A stretch of 64,000 nucleotides of DNA from Octopus sinensis (taxonomy: Eukaryota), in NCBI RefSeq assembly GCF_006345805.1, contig NC_043007.1, forward strand, positions 63,240,001-63,304,000, read 5' to 3'. Shown one piece after another: positions 24,801 to 36,860 of this stretch. The position numbers and the translations under genes are program-made. Position 1 is the first letter of the stretch. Every line of letters begins with the position of its first letter. Below the pieces are notes generated by a model. The model was given only the letters and a program-made list of their open reading frames with translations, did no database searches and had not been told where the DNA came from.

Positions 24801-27411
24801 GCTGATGTTTTTAATATATGCGACCATATATGCCATGAGACAACGCCAATCGTCTACGATTGACTGAGAGAAGTGCCATCTGAAGCTACATTGATTATAT
24901 TGTTCTTTATTACCATGCTAGACAAACGTGTATGCATCAGCCCGGAGACGTAAAATGACGCCTTTTGAAGGCTTTCAACGCAAGGCAGTTGTGGTAGTAC
25001 CTACTGATGAAGAGTTCAAAAGACGCATATCGCAAAGGGAGAAGGAAGAGGGCAAAGAGATACCTGAAAAGGCGGTGCTTGAGATGAAAGGTAGGGCCTG
25101 CTGCCTGTAACTGGCACAATATGGAATCATTACCTACTCATTTCCTGTGTTAATTTTGCCTCGAAAATATTACCTGACACTTGCTGTCACTCCAGTAGAA
25201 AAACTCTTCCGCAGCTGTTAAAAAACATATTGCTACTATTAACAGAAAAATCTATCCTGTGCATCGCTTTAAAGCTATCACCGATTTGTTATCCTCCCAG
25301 GAGAGCATATATACATACATACATATATATATATATGAAGTTTAGGGTACAGGCTTAGTATTAGGGCATTTTTTTTCTCCCTCCTCTTTTGAAATTTTTT
25401 TTTCCTCCATGATTTCCATTCCTCCTGAAGAATATTTATATACTTTCCCCCACCCCCTATTTTAATCTTACATATTTGCTTGTTTTGTGTATATAATCTT
25501 AAACCAGTTCTACCCTTTTAGCCAACTTTAGCACTCCTGAAGAAGGCACATTATTTGATGCTGTAACATATGCTGAATTGGACAAGGAAGATGCCAAACC
25601 TTTGGTTGAAAAATATAGGAAGGAAGGAGCAGCTGCTCTTCCTCCTCCTTCCAAAAGATTCAGGGGAGATCGTTTTGGTAAGTTTTTAAAATTTAGGTTT
25701 CCTTAACTTTGTCAGGAGCTTTATTTGACATTTTGAACATGGCTGTTCTGATTTAAAATACTAAGTTTTTCTAATTTATCAAGCTATTACTTGATTTTAG
25801 TGTATTTAATATTATTCCATAATTTGGATGTGGCCTCCCTGTTAGCATTAGAAATTCTGTAAATCATTTAAAAAAATTTTTTTTTACCAGTGCTATTAGA
25901 AATAGAGGACAATCATTTGATATTGGTTTATATAGATATATCTAGTTTTGGTATACTCCGAACCTGCATTTTCCATATATACTGAGTTATGGCATTGATA
26001 GCATGTAATTTTATTGCTTTAATTGTGATTTTTTTTTTTTTTTTTTTTTTTTTAAATAGGACGTGGTCGCTTTGATCGAAGAGATTATCGCCGAGGTGGA
26101 GGTTATGGTGACAGAGACCGCTTCGGTAGAGGTGGATCTCGTGGTTTCCGTGACAGACCAATGGCTCGTTACAATGACAGGCGAAGCAGTGCTTATGGAA
26201 CTGGTGGTAGTGGTGGTGGTGGTGGTGGTAGAGGTATGTCAATCTAGGATTCATTTAATGAGGTTTTCTCTTGATGATTTACTGGCTGAAAAGCCTATTT
26301 CAAAAAATTGCCTTGCAGTTCACTTACCTACTTGAGGTTTTTTATATATTTTTTCAAAGGTGGCTATCCTTCTCGTGGACCACGTCCCCACAGTAGATAT
26401 GAACGAAGGTCACCTGAAAGGAGATCAGCTGGATACAGACAGGGACAAGTATGTCTAGTTACCTTCATGTTTGATAAGTTTTTTTAATTCTCTTTAAAGC
26501 CTCATGGTATGTTTTCTCCTTGACCCATAAAGCTAACTTTCATAATTTGAATATCCATGGGTCAGACGGCAGTCATGGCAGATTTTCTATGACAGAACCC
26601 TTCCTCTTTCTATAACACTTATATAAGCTATGTCCCATAAATGCTATTACCAAACTTTCATGAATGCCCAATTATCAAATTTACTTTTAAATGTCTACAA
26701 AAAGACTAAGTAATTTTTACAAGTTTACATGTTTCTTACTGTGAATATAGAAAATTTGGGACAGATGTTGCTTTTGTGTGTGTGTGGGGGGGGGTTATAA
26801 TTTCTGGCTTAACCTTCATTAGGGTGCAAATGATATTTTGAGATCTTTTGATGGTTAGTACTATGGCTTGGTTTTGATTGTCAATTTGTGAATTTTTTTA
26901 AAACTACAGCTATTAAATCTGAATCTCATTTGTAATCTTTACTTCAGCGATACCAAGGATCCGGTGGCCAACGCAGTGGTGGAGGCGGCGGCGGTGGTGG
27001 TTATGGAGGTGGTTCTTGGGTCTCCAACAGACCATATGGTGGCGGTGGTGGTGGTGGTGGTGGCAGTCAAGGTTCATGGAGCCATCAGGGCAACTATAGT
27101 GGACAATGGGGCTCTTCATCTCAATCTGGTGGTTATGGAAATGTAAGTTATCAACTTTTAGTGTTCATTTTCTTTGTAAACCAATATGAATGTCCAACAT
27201 TGCTTTTTTTAAATTGGCTGAATATTTTTTCTTTTCTCTTTTGCAGTGGGGTTATGGCAGCAGCTCTAATAATCAAGGTGGTGGCTATGGCAGCGGCAGT
27301 CATTCTCAGTGGGGACAGAACTACAACCAGAGTTATTATCAGGGTTATGGCAGTGGCAACAACCAGAGCCAATATGGTGGTCAATGGTACGGCAGTAGCT
27401 ATCGAAGATAG
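6663..27411 (+). CDS. HNRNPUL1: Heterogeneous nuclear ribonucleoprotein U-like protein (SAP-SPRY-P-loop-RGG), 18 exons, about 803 aa
   Basis: Phase-consistent GT-AG exons: 6663-6804, 9679-9800, 9919-10054, 14273-14390, 15009-15085, 15197-15336, 15580-15679, 16113-16225, 16430-16585, 18397-18504, 18765-18887, 22667-22795, 24922-25090, 25522-25677, 26060-26233, 26360-26448, 26948-27142, 27247-27411 (sum 2412 nt). [32 protein letters not shown]; [14 protein letters not shown]; Walker A GLPGAGKT; [14 protein letters not shown]; RGG/GY tail. Confidence 0.95.
9679..10054 (+). CDS. HNRNPUL1: hnRNP U-like exons 2 (9679-9800) and 3 (9919-10054), acidic region
   Basis: D/E-rich frames; ccag|tg and gag|gtacag; gtgaag|gat and aaag|gtaagg; phases 1-0-1. 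Confidence 0.88.
10586..11627 (-). mobile_element. Non-autonomous piggyBac element with N-terminal transposase remnant
   Basis: TTAA|CCCTTTCGTTAC...GTAACGAAAGGG|TTAA. Minus ORF 10955-11290 has [24 protein letters not shown], a PGBD-type N-terminal motif. Confidence 0.9.
14273..16585 (+). CDS. HNRNPUL1: hnRNP U-like exons 4-9 (RS-rich exon 14273-14390, then SPRY domain exons)
   Basis: [30 protein letters not shown]; [26 protein letters not shown]; [22 protein letters not shown]; [30 protein letters not shown]; canonical splice sites. Confidence 0.95.
16980..18130 (-). mobile_element. Decayed LINE fragments interrupted by a hAT-like MITE (about 17427-17661)
   Basis: cagggctggccaac...gttggacagacttg flanked by a gtctaaac duplication; the flanks resemble RTE C-terminal sequence. 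Confidence 0.5.
18397..25677 (+). CDS. HNRNPUL1: hnRNP U-like exons 10-14 (P-loop/AAA_33-like domain)
   Basis: EEPWFP; [14 protein letters not shown]; [10 protein letters not shown]|[15 protein letters not shown]; NYILDQ|[24 protein letters not shown]; MK|ANFSTP. Confidence 0.95.
19778..21010 (-). mobile_element. Second, more decayed piggyBac deletion derivative carrying transposase core remnant
   Basis: TTAA|CCCTTTCAGAAC...TAGTACCAAAAGAG|TTAA. The left about 300 bp resembles the 10586 element. Minus strand about 20150-20400 reads [34 protein letters not shown] (cf. YMPxKPxKWGIKxW..TGY..F.xYTGK). Confidence 0.8.
26060..27411 (+). CDS. HNRNPUL1: hnRNP U-like exons 15-18 (RGG and Gly/Tyr/Gln-rich low-complexity tail)
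   Basis: [16 protein letters not shown]..., [18 protein letters not shown]..., [14 protein letters not shown]...[12 protein letters not shown] at 27409-27411. Confidence 0.9.
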
Positions 27412-30400
27412 ATATTCTCCCATATTCTTTCACCATTCACCCGCTTTCCTAAAAGTAGGGGTTATCTTCTAGAAGCAGGTGGTAGTAGCAGCGGCAGCAC
27501 CAACAGCAGCAGTGTTACCCGATGACATATAGGCTTGTCTGGAATTTTTTATTTTCCCCACTCCCATCACTTCTGAAATAAGTAATTTTGGATCACCCTG
27601 TATGTTATTCAGTTTGGGGGTGGGTGCAAGATGACATAAATCATTTGATCATTTAAGCTGTTGCTGATAATTTCCTAGTTGCTGTTACATTGGTGTGATT
27701 TTTTTTTTAAGAAACCTTAAAAGTTACAGGAGGGTGGGGTATGGGGGTTTTTTTTTTTTTTTTTTACATTTAATGAAATTCATTTGTACTTCATTTTCAT
27801 TTCATACTTATCCTCAATATTCAAAACTTTGAATCCATTGCAACAGTAGTTTTGTTTATAATTTTCCAGTTTAATTTGTACTATTGTTGCATCACCTTTA
27901 TTACATGGTTAACACCCACTCCCTTAATTTCAATCAAGTAATTTTTATAGCTTTTTAAATCTTATTTTGTACAATTTTAAAATTACTGTCCTTAAGCTTA
28001 TTTTCTAAATTCTCTTGCTCTTCATTCTATCACTGTCCATCCATGGCACTTAGCAGATGGGTTCTTGTTACAAAATGAGATCTGTTTGATCTGAACGATT
28101 TTAAAAACAATCCCCTCCCCTTCAAATTCTGCATGTTCCTTTAATAAGTGCCTTTTTTTCTAAGGGAGCAACGTGGCATAATACCCTCCCCCAACCTATT
28201 GCAGTTATTGTAGTGAAGTACTTTTCTCTAAATTGCACATGTTGGATTCTGGAGCTATTGATTCAATAAGAGTTGCCTGGTTGATTTGAAAATGAAATTT
28301 TGGTTGGCTGAAAGAACATATTAGGCAAGTGTTTGAAGTTATGATAGCAAAAACGGCATGGATTAGCCCTCCATAACATTAGCTTTTGTCACATTTCAGG
28401 GGCCCCGGCTCTGGCTACAAAAGTAAAGCATACTCGATGTCCAGAGGGAGAAAGTATTAACATAGATAAATGGCAACGAAGACTGCCTCCACCTACTCCT
28501 TCTGCCCAGCATCTGCCCCTGCAATATACAGCATTGGTGATGGGCAAGTGATAGCACTTATGGAATCAGCATCATGCAAACAGCGGAGTTAATGAAAAAA
28601 AAAAATGAAAAGAAAAGATAAAAAAAAAACATTAAACACTACTCTGGGTCCACGTAAGCGAAAAAGAAAAGAGAAACTTAAAACCCTGAAAACATCTGCC
28701 AGAACACTAAAACATCTTCCATTCACATGGAGCTGCTATTTTCCTTCATAAGTTTGTATCATAACTTCAATTATTTCAGCAAAATCTGAGCATGACACTC
28801 ACCTGGACTTGCTTCTCGCCCATTGCTCATCTTACCTGTATTACCAGAACTTACCCTATCCCCACTTTTTTAAAAAGTTTCACTTTCCTTCATATGAAAA
28901 ATTTTAACATTTGTCTTGCTAGATACTGTTTGAATGTTTTAGTGCTTTTTGCTATGTACCTTGCCTGCAGATGTAGTAGTATTAGTTTTTTTTTTTTACT
29001 CTGGCCATGCTCGTTGCTCCACAATATTAAAAAAAACAAAAAACAAACTTGAAATGAGAAGAAAAAGCAACCAAACCATTATTTTAAAGTATGTACTATG
29101 TGTCCCTCATTACAAGGAACTTTGTATTATCCATAGGTGGTAGTTTCCTGTATGAAACCTTTGGGTGAAATCAGGTCATTGTAACTGCCATATTACTGTT
29201 TTATATTGTCTGAGAGGACGAGGAAGCATGCTGACTGTATGCAGGATGGTTGAATAAAAATGAATGATGCCTTTATTGCTTTGTTTTCTTTTCCCCTTTG
29301 TGTAGTATTTGTGTTGTACCTGTTCAACTATGCACATTTCTCTGCCAATATCTGGCTATAATGTTGCATATGATATTAGTAATGTTTTTAGGGAAAATGG
29401 ATTTTAAAAATCTTAATGAAGCAAGAAATATAAAAGGAAATAGATTGTTAAACTGTTCAATCAATTTCTTTTTAAAAAATTCATCTTGATGCTTATGTGG
29501 AGGTTTATTAGTCAAGGGATGTTGAAATGTGCAGCAATTTGTCCACACAATCATCATCATATAATTTTGGAAATATTGATTTGGGGATTTTCCTGTGGTT
29601 TATCTTGAAAGAAATTCAAGAAACTTCTTTTTTAGTAAAGGTGTTATATTAAGATTTCTAAGAAAATGAGCTGTTTCGTTCTCATCTTATGCCATTCATT
29701 TTTTTTTTTTATCACAGCATTTTGATTCTTAGAAATATAGCAATTAAAAATGTTGTTGGTCTAGCTTGCAAGTTATGAATTTCTTCAATGCAATAAATGA
29801 ATTCTAGTTGGCACTTTTGGTCAGTGAAGTTTTTAAAAAATCCAACAGCTGTTTATCAAGTTGCTATGTATAAATTTTTCTTATTGGGGGGAAAAAAAAA
29901 TCCAAAGCTTGCACAAATAAGAAATAGAACTCAGTTACTGTATACAATGATTGAAAGAAATTAAATACTGCTTGATTCCACTACTTCAATTGTCTTTGCC
30001 TTGAGTACTTTCCAGTGATTTGTTTAAACTTTTCTACAGTTGCAAAGAAAGGTCTTATGTTTAGAGTAGTTACGTTGGATTACACTTAGGTATACTTGGT
30101 ATGATTTAAATTTGTGCATACACACTACTGCATTATTAGTCATTAAGAGTTCTCAAGACGGGGTGGGGGGACGACAGAGATAAGCAATAACATTGATTCT
30201 GTTTCCCGAGTGAAATGTTAGTGAGACTAACACTTTTATAAAAATTTATTGTATCAGTTCTGTAAAATGGAGCTTGCAGAATTAGAATTAAAAAGTAGAG
30301 CCCCCTTTTCTTAAGTGGGTGTAGACAAAAAATATTTGGTTCGATTATGTTAATACCTATGCTATTAGTATCTGATGTTACTTTCCTTTTTCTATTCAGT

Positions 30401-33400
30401 GTCTCAACTACAGCAGCAACTTCCAAGCCGAGCAATACAGTGGCCTATGACTACAAGAGAGGTTATTAGGATTTGTACCATTAATTACATTTAATCTTTC
30501 AATAGTCTTAATATACATCAGATTTCTCTTATATAACTTTGAACTGTATTTGTAAATCTGGATTCCATAGAGGTGGGGACCTGTTAATTTTGTATCCAGT
30601 TTCACCAAGCTCTGCTTAATGTACATTACTTTGCTTTTTATTGTGGGGACTAAAAGTAGCTGCTTTTTTGCCCCCCTCCACACATTAGTCATGCCCTTTT
30701 TAATAAGGCAGTTTTTTACCAGAATTCTTCAAACATTTAGCCTTTATAGCTATATATTTTTGGGTCACCTGACCACCACCTCTTGATATGGTCTGTTGAA
30801 GGGTCAACCTGATAGAATGTTTTTATCAAGCATATAAGGACAGTATTTTCTACCTAGGTGGGAGGAATTTAAATTGACCACAGTACTTGACTGGTACTTT
30901 ATTTGGTGCTCACGTATATTGCTATTTCTTTTGCAAAAACTAACCTGAAACTGATTAAAATATTTTTGAAGTTATACAGCTTATCAAGCATTTAATTTTT
31001 AATTCATCCAAATCATTGAAATAAATATATAAACTATTTTGAATCATTTTTCAATTCTATACTTTATTTTAGTTCAAAGTGTTTTGACAGTGAACAGGGT
31101 CCATGAAAACAACTGCTTCTAATAGCTTAGTTTGAATGAATGACTTGAGTAAAATGCTTTCCATCCAACTTGGCCAAATTGGATTGAGGAATAAAACACC
31201 AGTTCAATGCTGCGGATCTTGTATATATTTATAAAGCCAACTGGTCTGGTGTAGTGACTTGCTTATTAAGAACTGAAGTCTTGTATCAGTTGCATTCATA
31301 CAGTTATTGGAATTTCCTGCAGAGGAGAAAGAAATGTATCAGTTACTGAAAGTTGCATTTCAAATGATAGCTGATTATGGAAATGGCTTGATGAATTGAG
31401 ATAGCATTTATTACATACTGAAAGCCATTGATTGTATGAATTAATCATGTGCTATCTTATAGCTTCAAGATTGTGATTGTTGTTTGTAGAAGACATTGTA
31501 GCATAGGTGAGAGTTCAGATATGACAGGTTTAAATGTCCATTCAGTTAAATATTTGGGTTTTGAAGACTGATGTATATCAATTTTTTTTTTTTAAATGAA
31601 ATTTATTGACAAATGAATCCATAAACAAGACGAAGGCAACATACCTGCTATTTGGTAAAATTTTTTATCAGCCATTTAATATTTAGTTATGACACATTTT
31701 TCCAGCATAATTTACTCATGCACATAAATGTATAAAAATTTTCAGTTGGAAACTTAAGCCCAGCCTAGAAAACTTGGTTTTGAAATTTAACTTATTTTAC
31801 TGAACTTGGAGCTGGTATATTCCTCATTGTGTTTAGACTCAGCTTTTAAGGAAAATTTAGTTGAATGGAACAGATGTGGATCTCTGACAGACAATGAGAC
31901 TTAAGAACCAAATTATTTGCTCATTAGCATGTAAGTGGTCTGAGTATTCCGGATATGTGTACTCTTAAATAGAATTAGTGTAACTTGGCTTCTAGATGGT
32001 TTCTGTGCCCATCTTTAACAAGTAAAGGTTGACTTGGGAAGCAAGCTTTTCTATTTTTGTAATGTTAAGTGTTTCACCTTAATTTTCACATCAAAATAAT
32101 AGCAACTTAATAAATGATACACGATATTAGCAATATTTTCTGCACTATAGTAACCTTTATGCAGCCTATATATGTAGTGTAGTTTGCCTAGCTCTGATGT
32201 AAATGCTGAGTTTACAAGGCAGTTTCTAAAGAATATGCTTAAATACTGCCACTAAAGTTAACAGGTTTGAATTTGGAAAATAGGATAACACTTGACTGAA
32301 GCTGGAAGTAAAGAGAATGTCTGATCAGATTTTAGGTGTCGAATGACAGGTCTTCATTAGGCTTGAAGTTGAATAGTGTAATAATAAAAAGTCATTGAGA
32401 AAGCAACTTTAACATTGGCACTGAAGTGGCTAATGTATTGAATAGTATTTATTTCATGGTAATATGACACTTTTGTACGAATTATCAGATGTGTACAAGT
32501 ATGTCTTGTCAAGATTAGTCCACATTTTGAAAAGATTTGATAAGAGAAATGAAATGGTTTGTCCACAATAGGCAGGAGCAAAGTTTTCTAGTGAAGCAAT
32601 TAGAAAATTGCCACCAATTTTTTTTAATACTGCTAAAATTTAAAAACCTATCAAGTAAACAATTTAAATTTTTTTTATGCTTTTATTTGTAAATGATTTT
32701 AAAATGTTTTTATTTGTAAATTTTTTTACAAATGTAAAATACTTTTATTGTATGTGTTTTTTGTATGGCATTGGATGATAGCAGTTCCATTGATTCTCAC
32801 ATGGAGAGATTATAAACAAAGAGGGCAATTAATGGAATTGGGAATATCACAAAGCAAGCTTTTAGTATAGAGCAACAGAAGACAAAAAATTGGTGTTATT
32901 TGTTAAAATGTTTTAAACTCAAGTTTCCTCAAAGAATTGAAATAAGCAAAGGTGTAGTGAAATCACAGACAATTTTGAATAACTTTGAGAGATAACTATT
33001 AAATATTGCACCGATGAGATAAATAGGAATGAAGCTTGTATAGAAGAGCAAGAAAGAGCAAATGTGATGTTTCATGAATGGTAAAAATGGATGCACACTT
33101 GAGGATCAAGTAACAGTTAATAAAACCAAATTTATTTTACTATTAATTAACCTTGAGATGACAAATGATTCCATCTCTGGCAGGATTTCAACTGAGAAAA
33201 TCAAAACAAAATACTGTAATTCATTTAGTCCATTGCCTTAACCATTTTCACCTCAGATTTTTTAAATTTTATTTATATAATTTTTTTAAAGAAACAACTT
33301 CCAAATATGACATATTTGAAGGGAAAACATTAAAATATAGAAGTGATAGTCTGGTTTACAAAATGTAGTGTTTTAGCCTTGAGATCAAGTGTTACCTGCC

Positions 33401-34669
33401 TTGGGAAGGGGGGGGGGAATGAAAATTCTTGGGAAAACTTGTTGACAGTGAGGCAATGGTGAGAGTGAAATAGGAAGGTATTTGAGTTTAAAGACTCCAA
33501 GCCTATTTTTACATTGAAAAATTTAACTCCAGAAATGCTTGATACTGAAGGAGCAATAATGGATTTTTGTTTTGGCATAAGGCCACAAACTTAAGGGAAA
33601 GAGTATAGTCATTTAAACTGAAACAAGGATATATTACTGATGCATATCAAACATTGAAAGTGCAGTAGCATGCATTTAGTCTAATGCTATCATTTCTGCA
33701 GCATTATTATGAATAATTCTTACATTGGAAAAGCAAACAGGTATATGTCATTGACATTCCCACTTATTTTATTGGAAAATGTGAATGGATTTATAAGACT
33801 CAAAGTGAAGGAAAGACAGTCAATCCTAAATAAGATTTGAACCCACAATGCAGTGATGGTATATACTTATATACCACAAGACTGACTATTTCTGCTTCTA
33901 CACACATACCTAATAGATTTATTTTCTCTAAGCATGGGGTGGAGCAAGCTTTGTAGGGACAAAGAGAAAGATCAATGGAATCAACTCATTGGTGCTGGTT
34001 TTAATGACTGATGATGTAGGGACAAAAGGCAAAGTTGGCAATGACAGACAGGATTTAAAACTAACAGTTTTTAACGAGACACAAAAGCCACAATTTAGGT
34101 ATTAGTTGAATTCACCTCAGTGCATGACTGGTACTCAAGGACAATGATAGTAAGCAAAGTTACAAAACAAAACATTTTTGTTTGGTGCTAAGATGATTGT
34201 ATTTTTTGAACAAAATAAATAGAACGAGCAACACTGAGAACATAAATTCAGAGCACCTCACTAATGAAAAATGTCAGAAAATGAAAACACAATTTTGAAA
34301 CAACCAATAAATACAGAATCAGTTTTAGTCTCTGTCCCACTTTCCTTACAAATGAACTTCGTTCTCAAATCAAAATGGAACAGATCCTAATTTAAATATG
34401 TTGGAGAATTAAATCTTTCCAGAGCAGAACATTGACAAAGTGAAATATAGTTGCTGTTACAGTTTTGTGAAACAACAATTTAGATGGCAAAAAAAAAAAC
34501 GGGATGTTTCATCAGTGATATTAACTTCGCATACTTTTCATTAAGAAATTTAGACTGAAAACTTGTCAGAAATAAAATCTGAAGCAGGGATGAAATTATA
34601 TATATTTCTCTATTGCTTGATTAAAAATGTTTAGAGTTTGAAAAGAAAGCTACAAATAGAAAATAATAT

Positions 34670-34887
34670 ATATTCTTTTCTACTCTAGGCACAAGGCTCG
34701 AAATTTTTGGGGTGGGAGGCAGTCAATCAGATCGATCCCAGTATGCAACTGGTATTTAATTTATTGACCCTGAAAGAATGAAAGGCAAAGTCGACTTAGG
34801 CAGAATTTGAACGCAGAACATAAAGACAGACGTAATACCACTAAGCATTTCGCCCAGCGTGCTAACGTTTCTGCCAACTCGCCGCTT
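34670..34887 (-). mobile_element. SINE copy (same family as 3548)
   Basis: Reverse complement of ggcgagttggcagaaacgttagcacg...gttcaaattctgcc..gtcgactttgcctttcat. Confidence 0.85.
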
Positions 34888-35393
34888 TTATTTAAATATA
34901 TATGAAAGTAATGTATAAGTGGAAGTTAATTTAAGGATTAATTAAAAACAAAAAAATTCTATGTGTATCCCAACTTCAAAATGAATGTACGAATGCTCTA
35001 TATCGCATTTGCATAGCAATCACCTAAGATAGGTTTTTAATGAAGCCCTTAGAAGATTTTCAAGAGACCATTAGAATTGTGAGTATAAATGGATGGGAGT
35101 GATGGTGCTATAATGATACTCTTCAAGAAATGGAACGAAAATTGTAAATATTGATTTAAGGATAGAAAAATGTGTTAGTGATTGTAAAGTATTTTTAAAA
35201 TGCAAACAAAGCTGAAAAAACCAACACTTAAAACAACAATTTTGAAACTACAAAGGTGAGGTTATTTAATCTGCAGATTTAAATTATGGTTTGGAATGTA
35301 GAAATGGAAGCAGATGGCAGAAAGTGGTCAGCAAAAACAACCACATGTTAACATTATAAAGAGCAGCAATGAAAGTGGGGGAAGACTATGTTT

Positions 35394-36860
35394 TTATACA
35401 CAACCATATTCATACCACACAGAATTGGTTTTGGGGTCCTTTGATTCGTCTGGTGACTTGCTGTTGCTGTTAGTAGTTGTAGTTGTGGTGGGAGTAGTGG
35501 TAGTGGTATTGCTGAGGTGCTGCTGGATGTTTTGTGGTTGTTTTGAGGCTTTTGTTTGTGGGGAGATTCTTGCCATTGGAGCATTTTTCACGTTGCCTCC
35601 TGTATAGCTTGGTTGTGCACTGGAATTTCGAGAATATCCAGCCTGTGATTGTAACAATGAAGATGAAGATGATGATGTAGGCAGCATCTGATGTGTGTCT
35701 TGGTGATTAGAATTGTTAGTAACAGTGTGTGTGTAATTATTGGGGTCTCTGTTTATTGGTTTTGGAGCTGGAATTGGAGGGGTACCCCGTGAGCGAGACC
35801 GATATGGATAAGCCTCATCTGCTTCGCAGATCTCCAAAATGTTATTTGAAGATGTAGGTTTGTCAACAGACATGCCTAATGAGTGATAGTCATTAAATGT
35901 TTGGTTAGATGCTGCATTGTCGTAAGCATACTCAGGAGATCGTGATGTTCTTTTATTTAAAGACAGTTCACTTTTAGAGAGAGTGGGATCCGTTTTGTAG
36001 AGGTTAGGAGAGTCTCTTGGTTTTTGGGGGAAAGGGGAAGCAGATCCTGTAGGGCGTGAAGAAGGCCCTTGATTTGGTTGATTGTTGAAGTGCATAGAAG
36101 AAGGCCTTTCAGCTGGCTTCATAAAGTTACTCTGTCGGTTATCACTCATGGGAGACTGTTCACGAGATAAGTAATGTGGCTCTGGGTATGGCATTGACTG
36201 ATTGACATGTGCAGGGACATACATCTGGTCAACAGTACCAGGAGTGACTGACCGATTTGATAAATCATGGGATTGTGGTGCTTGTTGAGTAGCAATGCGA
36301 TTGTGAGATTTAGCAGACCTCAATACAGTGTATGAGGATGGCTCTTGTGAGACAGAATTCTGAGACTGTAAGTGATCAGCTTGTTGACTGTCTGTCTGAT
36401 AGCGGTGATTCTGGAAATAATTACTCTCTGGATAGTGTCGTCTAACTTTAGGAGTAGGAGTTTTTACACCATCTTTATTAGTTACTGGCTGGACATAGGT
36501 GGAGTGCAGATCTGTTTTACTATCTCCTGTACTCTCACCATTGTTAGAAGAACTATGAGACACTTTGGACAGTTCTTGGTAAGAATTATTTATGACTTTT
36601 GATGATGGATCTAGGGTATTTGAAAATGGTTCTGATAAGTGTCTGGAAGAGTTGGAATGGTTTAAGGTAGAGTTTTGGTTAGACTGCTCAAAAACGTGCC
36701 GTTGATAATGGTCTTGCTCAGTTCTCACGGGATATTTTTGCTGAACATATTTTCCACTAGGATTCAAATTAGAAGAACCATCAGATATTTTATTTCTCTT
36801 CAGTTGTTCACTTTGGGAAAAACTGACACCTTCGTTCAGTTTCCTTTCTTGACCTTTGGT
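35394..36860 (-). CDS. CCDC88C: Girdin/Daple terminal exon (488 aa, disordered, ends WYEYGCV)
   Basis: Acceptor ttttatttgtag|acc at 36860, phase 0, 1467 nt open to TAA; includes the 457-aa ORF of the track. Confidence 0.95.
   Translation of the reverse strand, partial: TKGQERKLNEGVSFSQSEQLKRNKISDGSSNLNPSGKYVQQKYPVRTEQDHYQRHVFEQSNQNSTLNHSNSSRHLSEPFSNTLDPSSKVINNSYQELSKVSHSSSNNGESTGDSKTDLHSTYVQPVTNKDGVKTPTPKVRRHYPESNYFQNHRYQTDSQQADHLQSQNSVSQEPSSYTVLRSAKSHNRIATQQAPQSHDLSNRSVTPGTVDQMYVPAHVNQSMPYPEPHYLSREQSPMSDNRQSNFMKPAERPSSMHFNNQPNQGPSSRPTGSASPFPQKPRDSPNLYKTDPTLSKSELSLNKRTSRSPEYAYDNAASNQTFNDYHSLGMSVDKPTSSNNILEICEADEAYPYRSRSRGTPPIPAPKPINRDPNNYTHTVTNNSNHQDTHQMLPTSSSSSSLLQSQAGYSRNSSAQPSYTGGNVKNAPMARISPQTKASKQPQNIQQHLSNTTTTTPTTTTTTNSNSKSPDESKDPKTNSVWYEYGCV

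Noticed and set aside
25928-27472. Alternative-frame and antisense ORFs (poly-His, poly-Val) over the RGG exons
   Set aside because: Artefacts of GGT/GGC repeats in the real Gly-rich frame.
35314-35607. Plus-strand ORF overlapping the Girdin stop
   Set aside because: Antisense shadow of the Thr-rich coding end.
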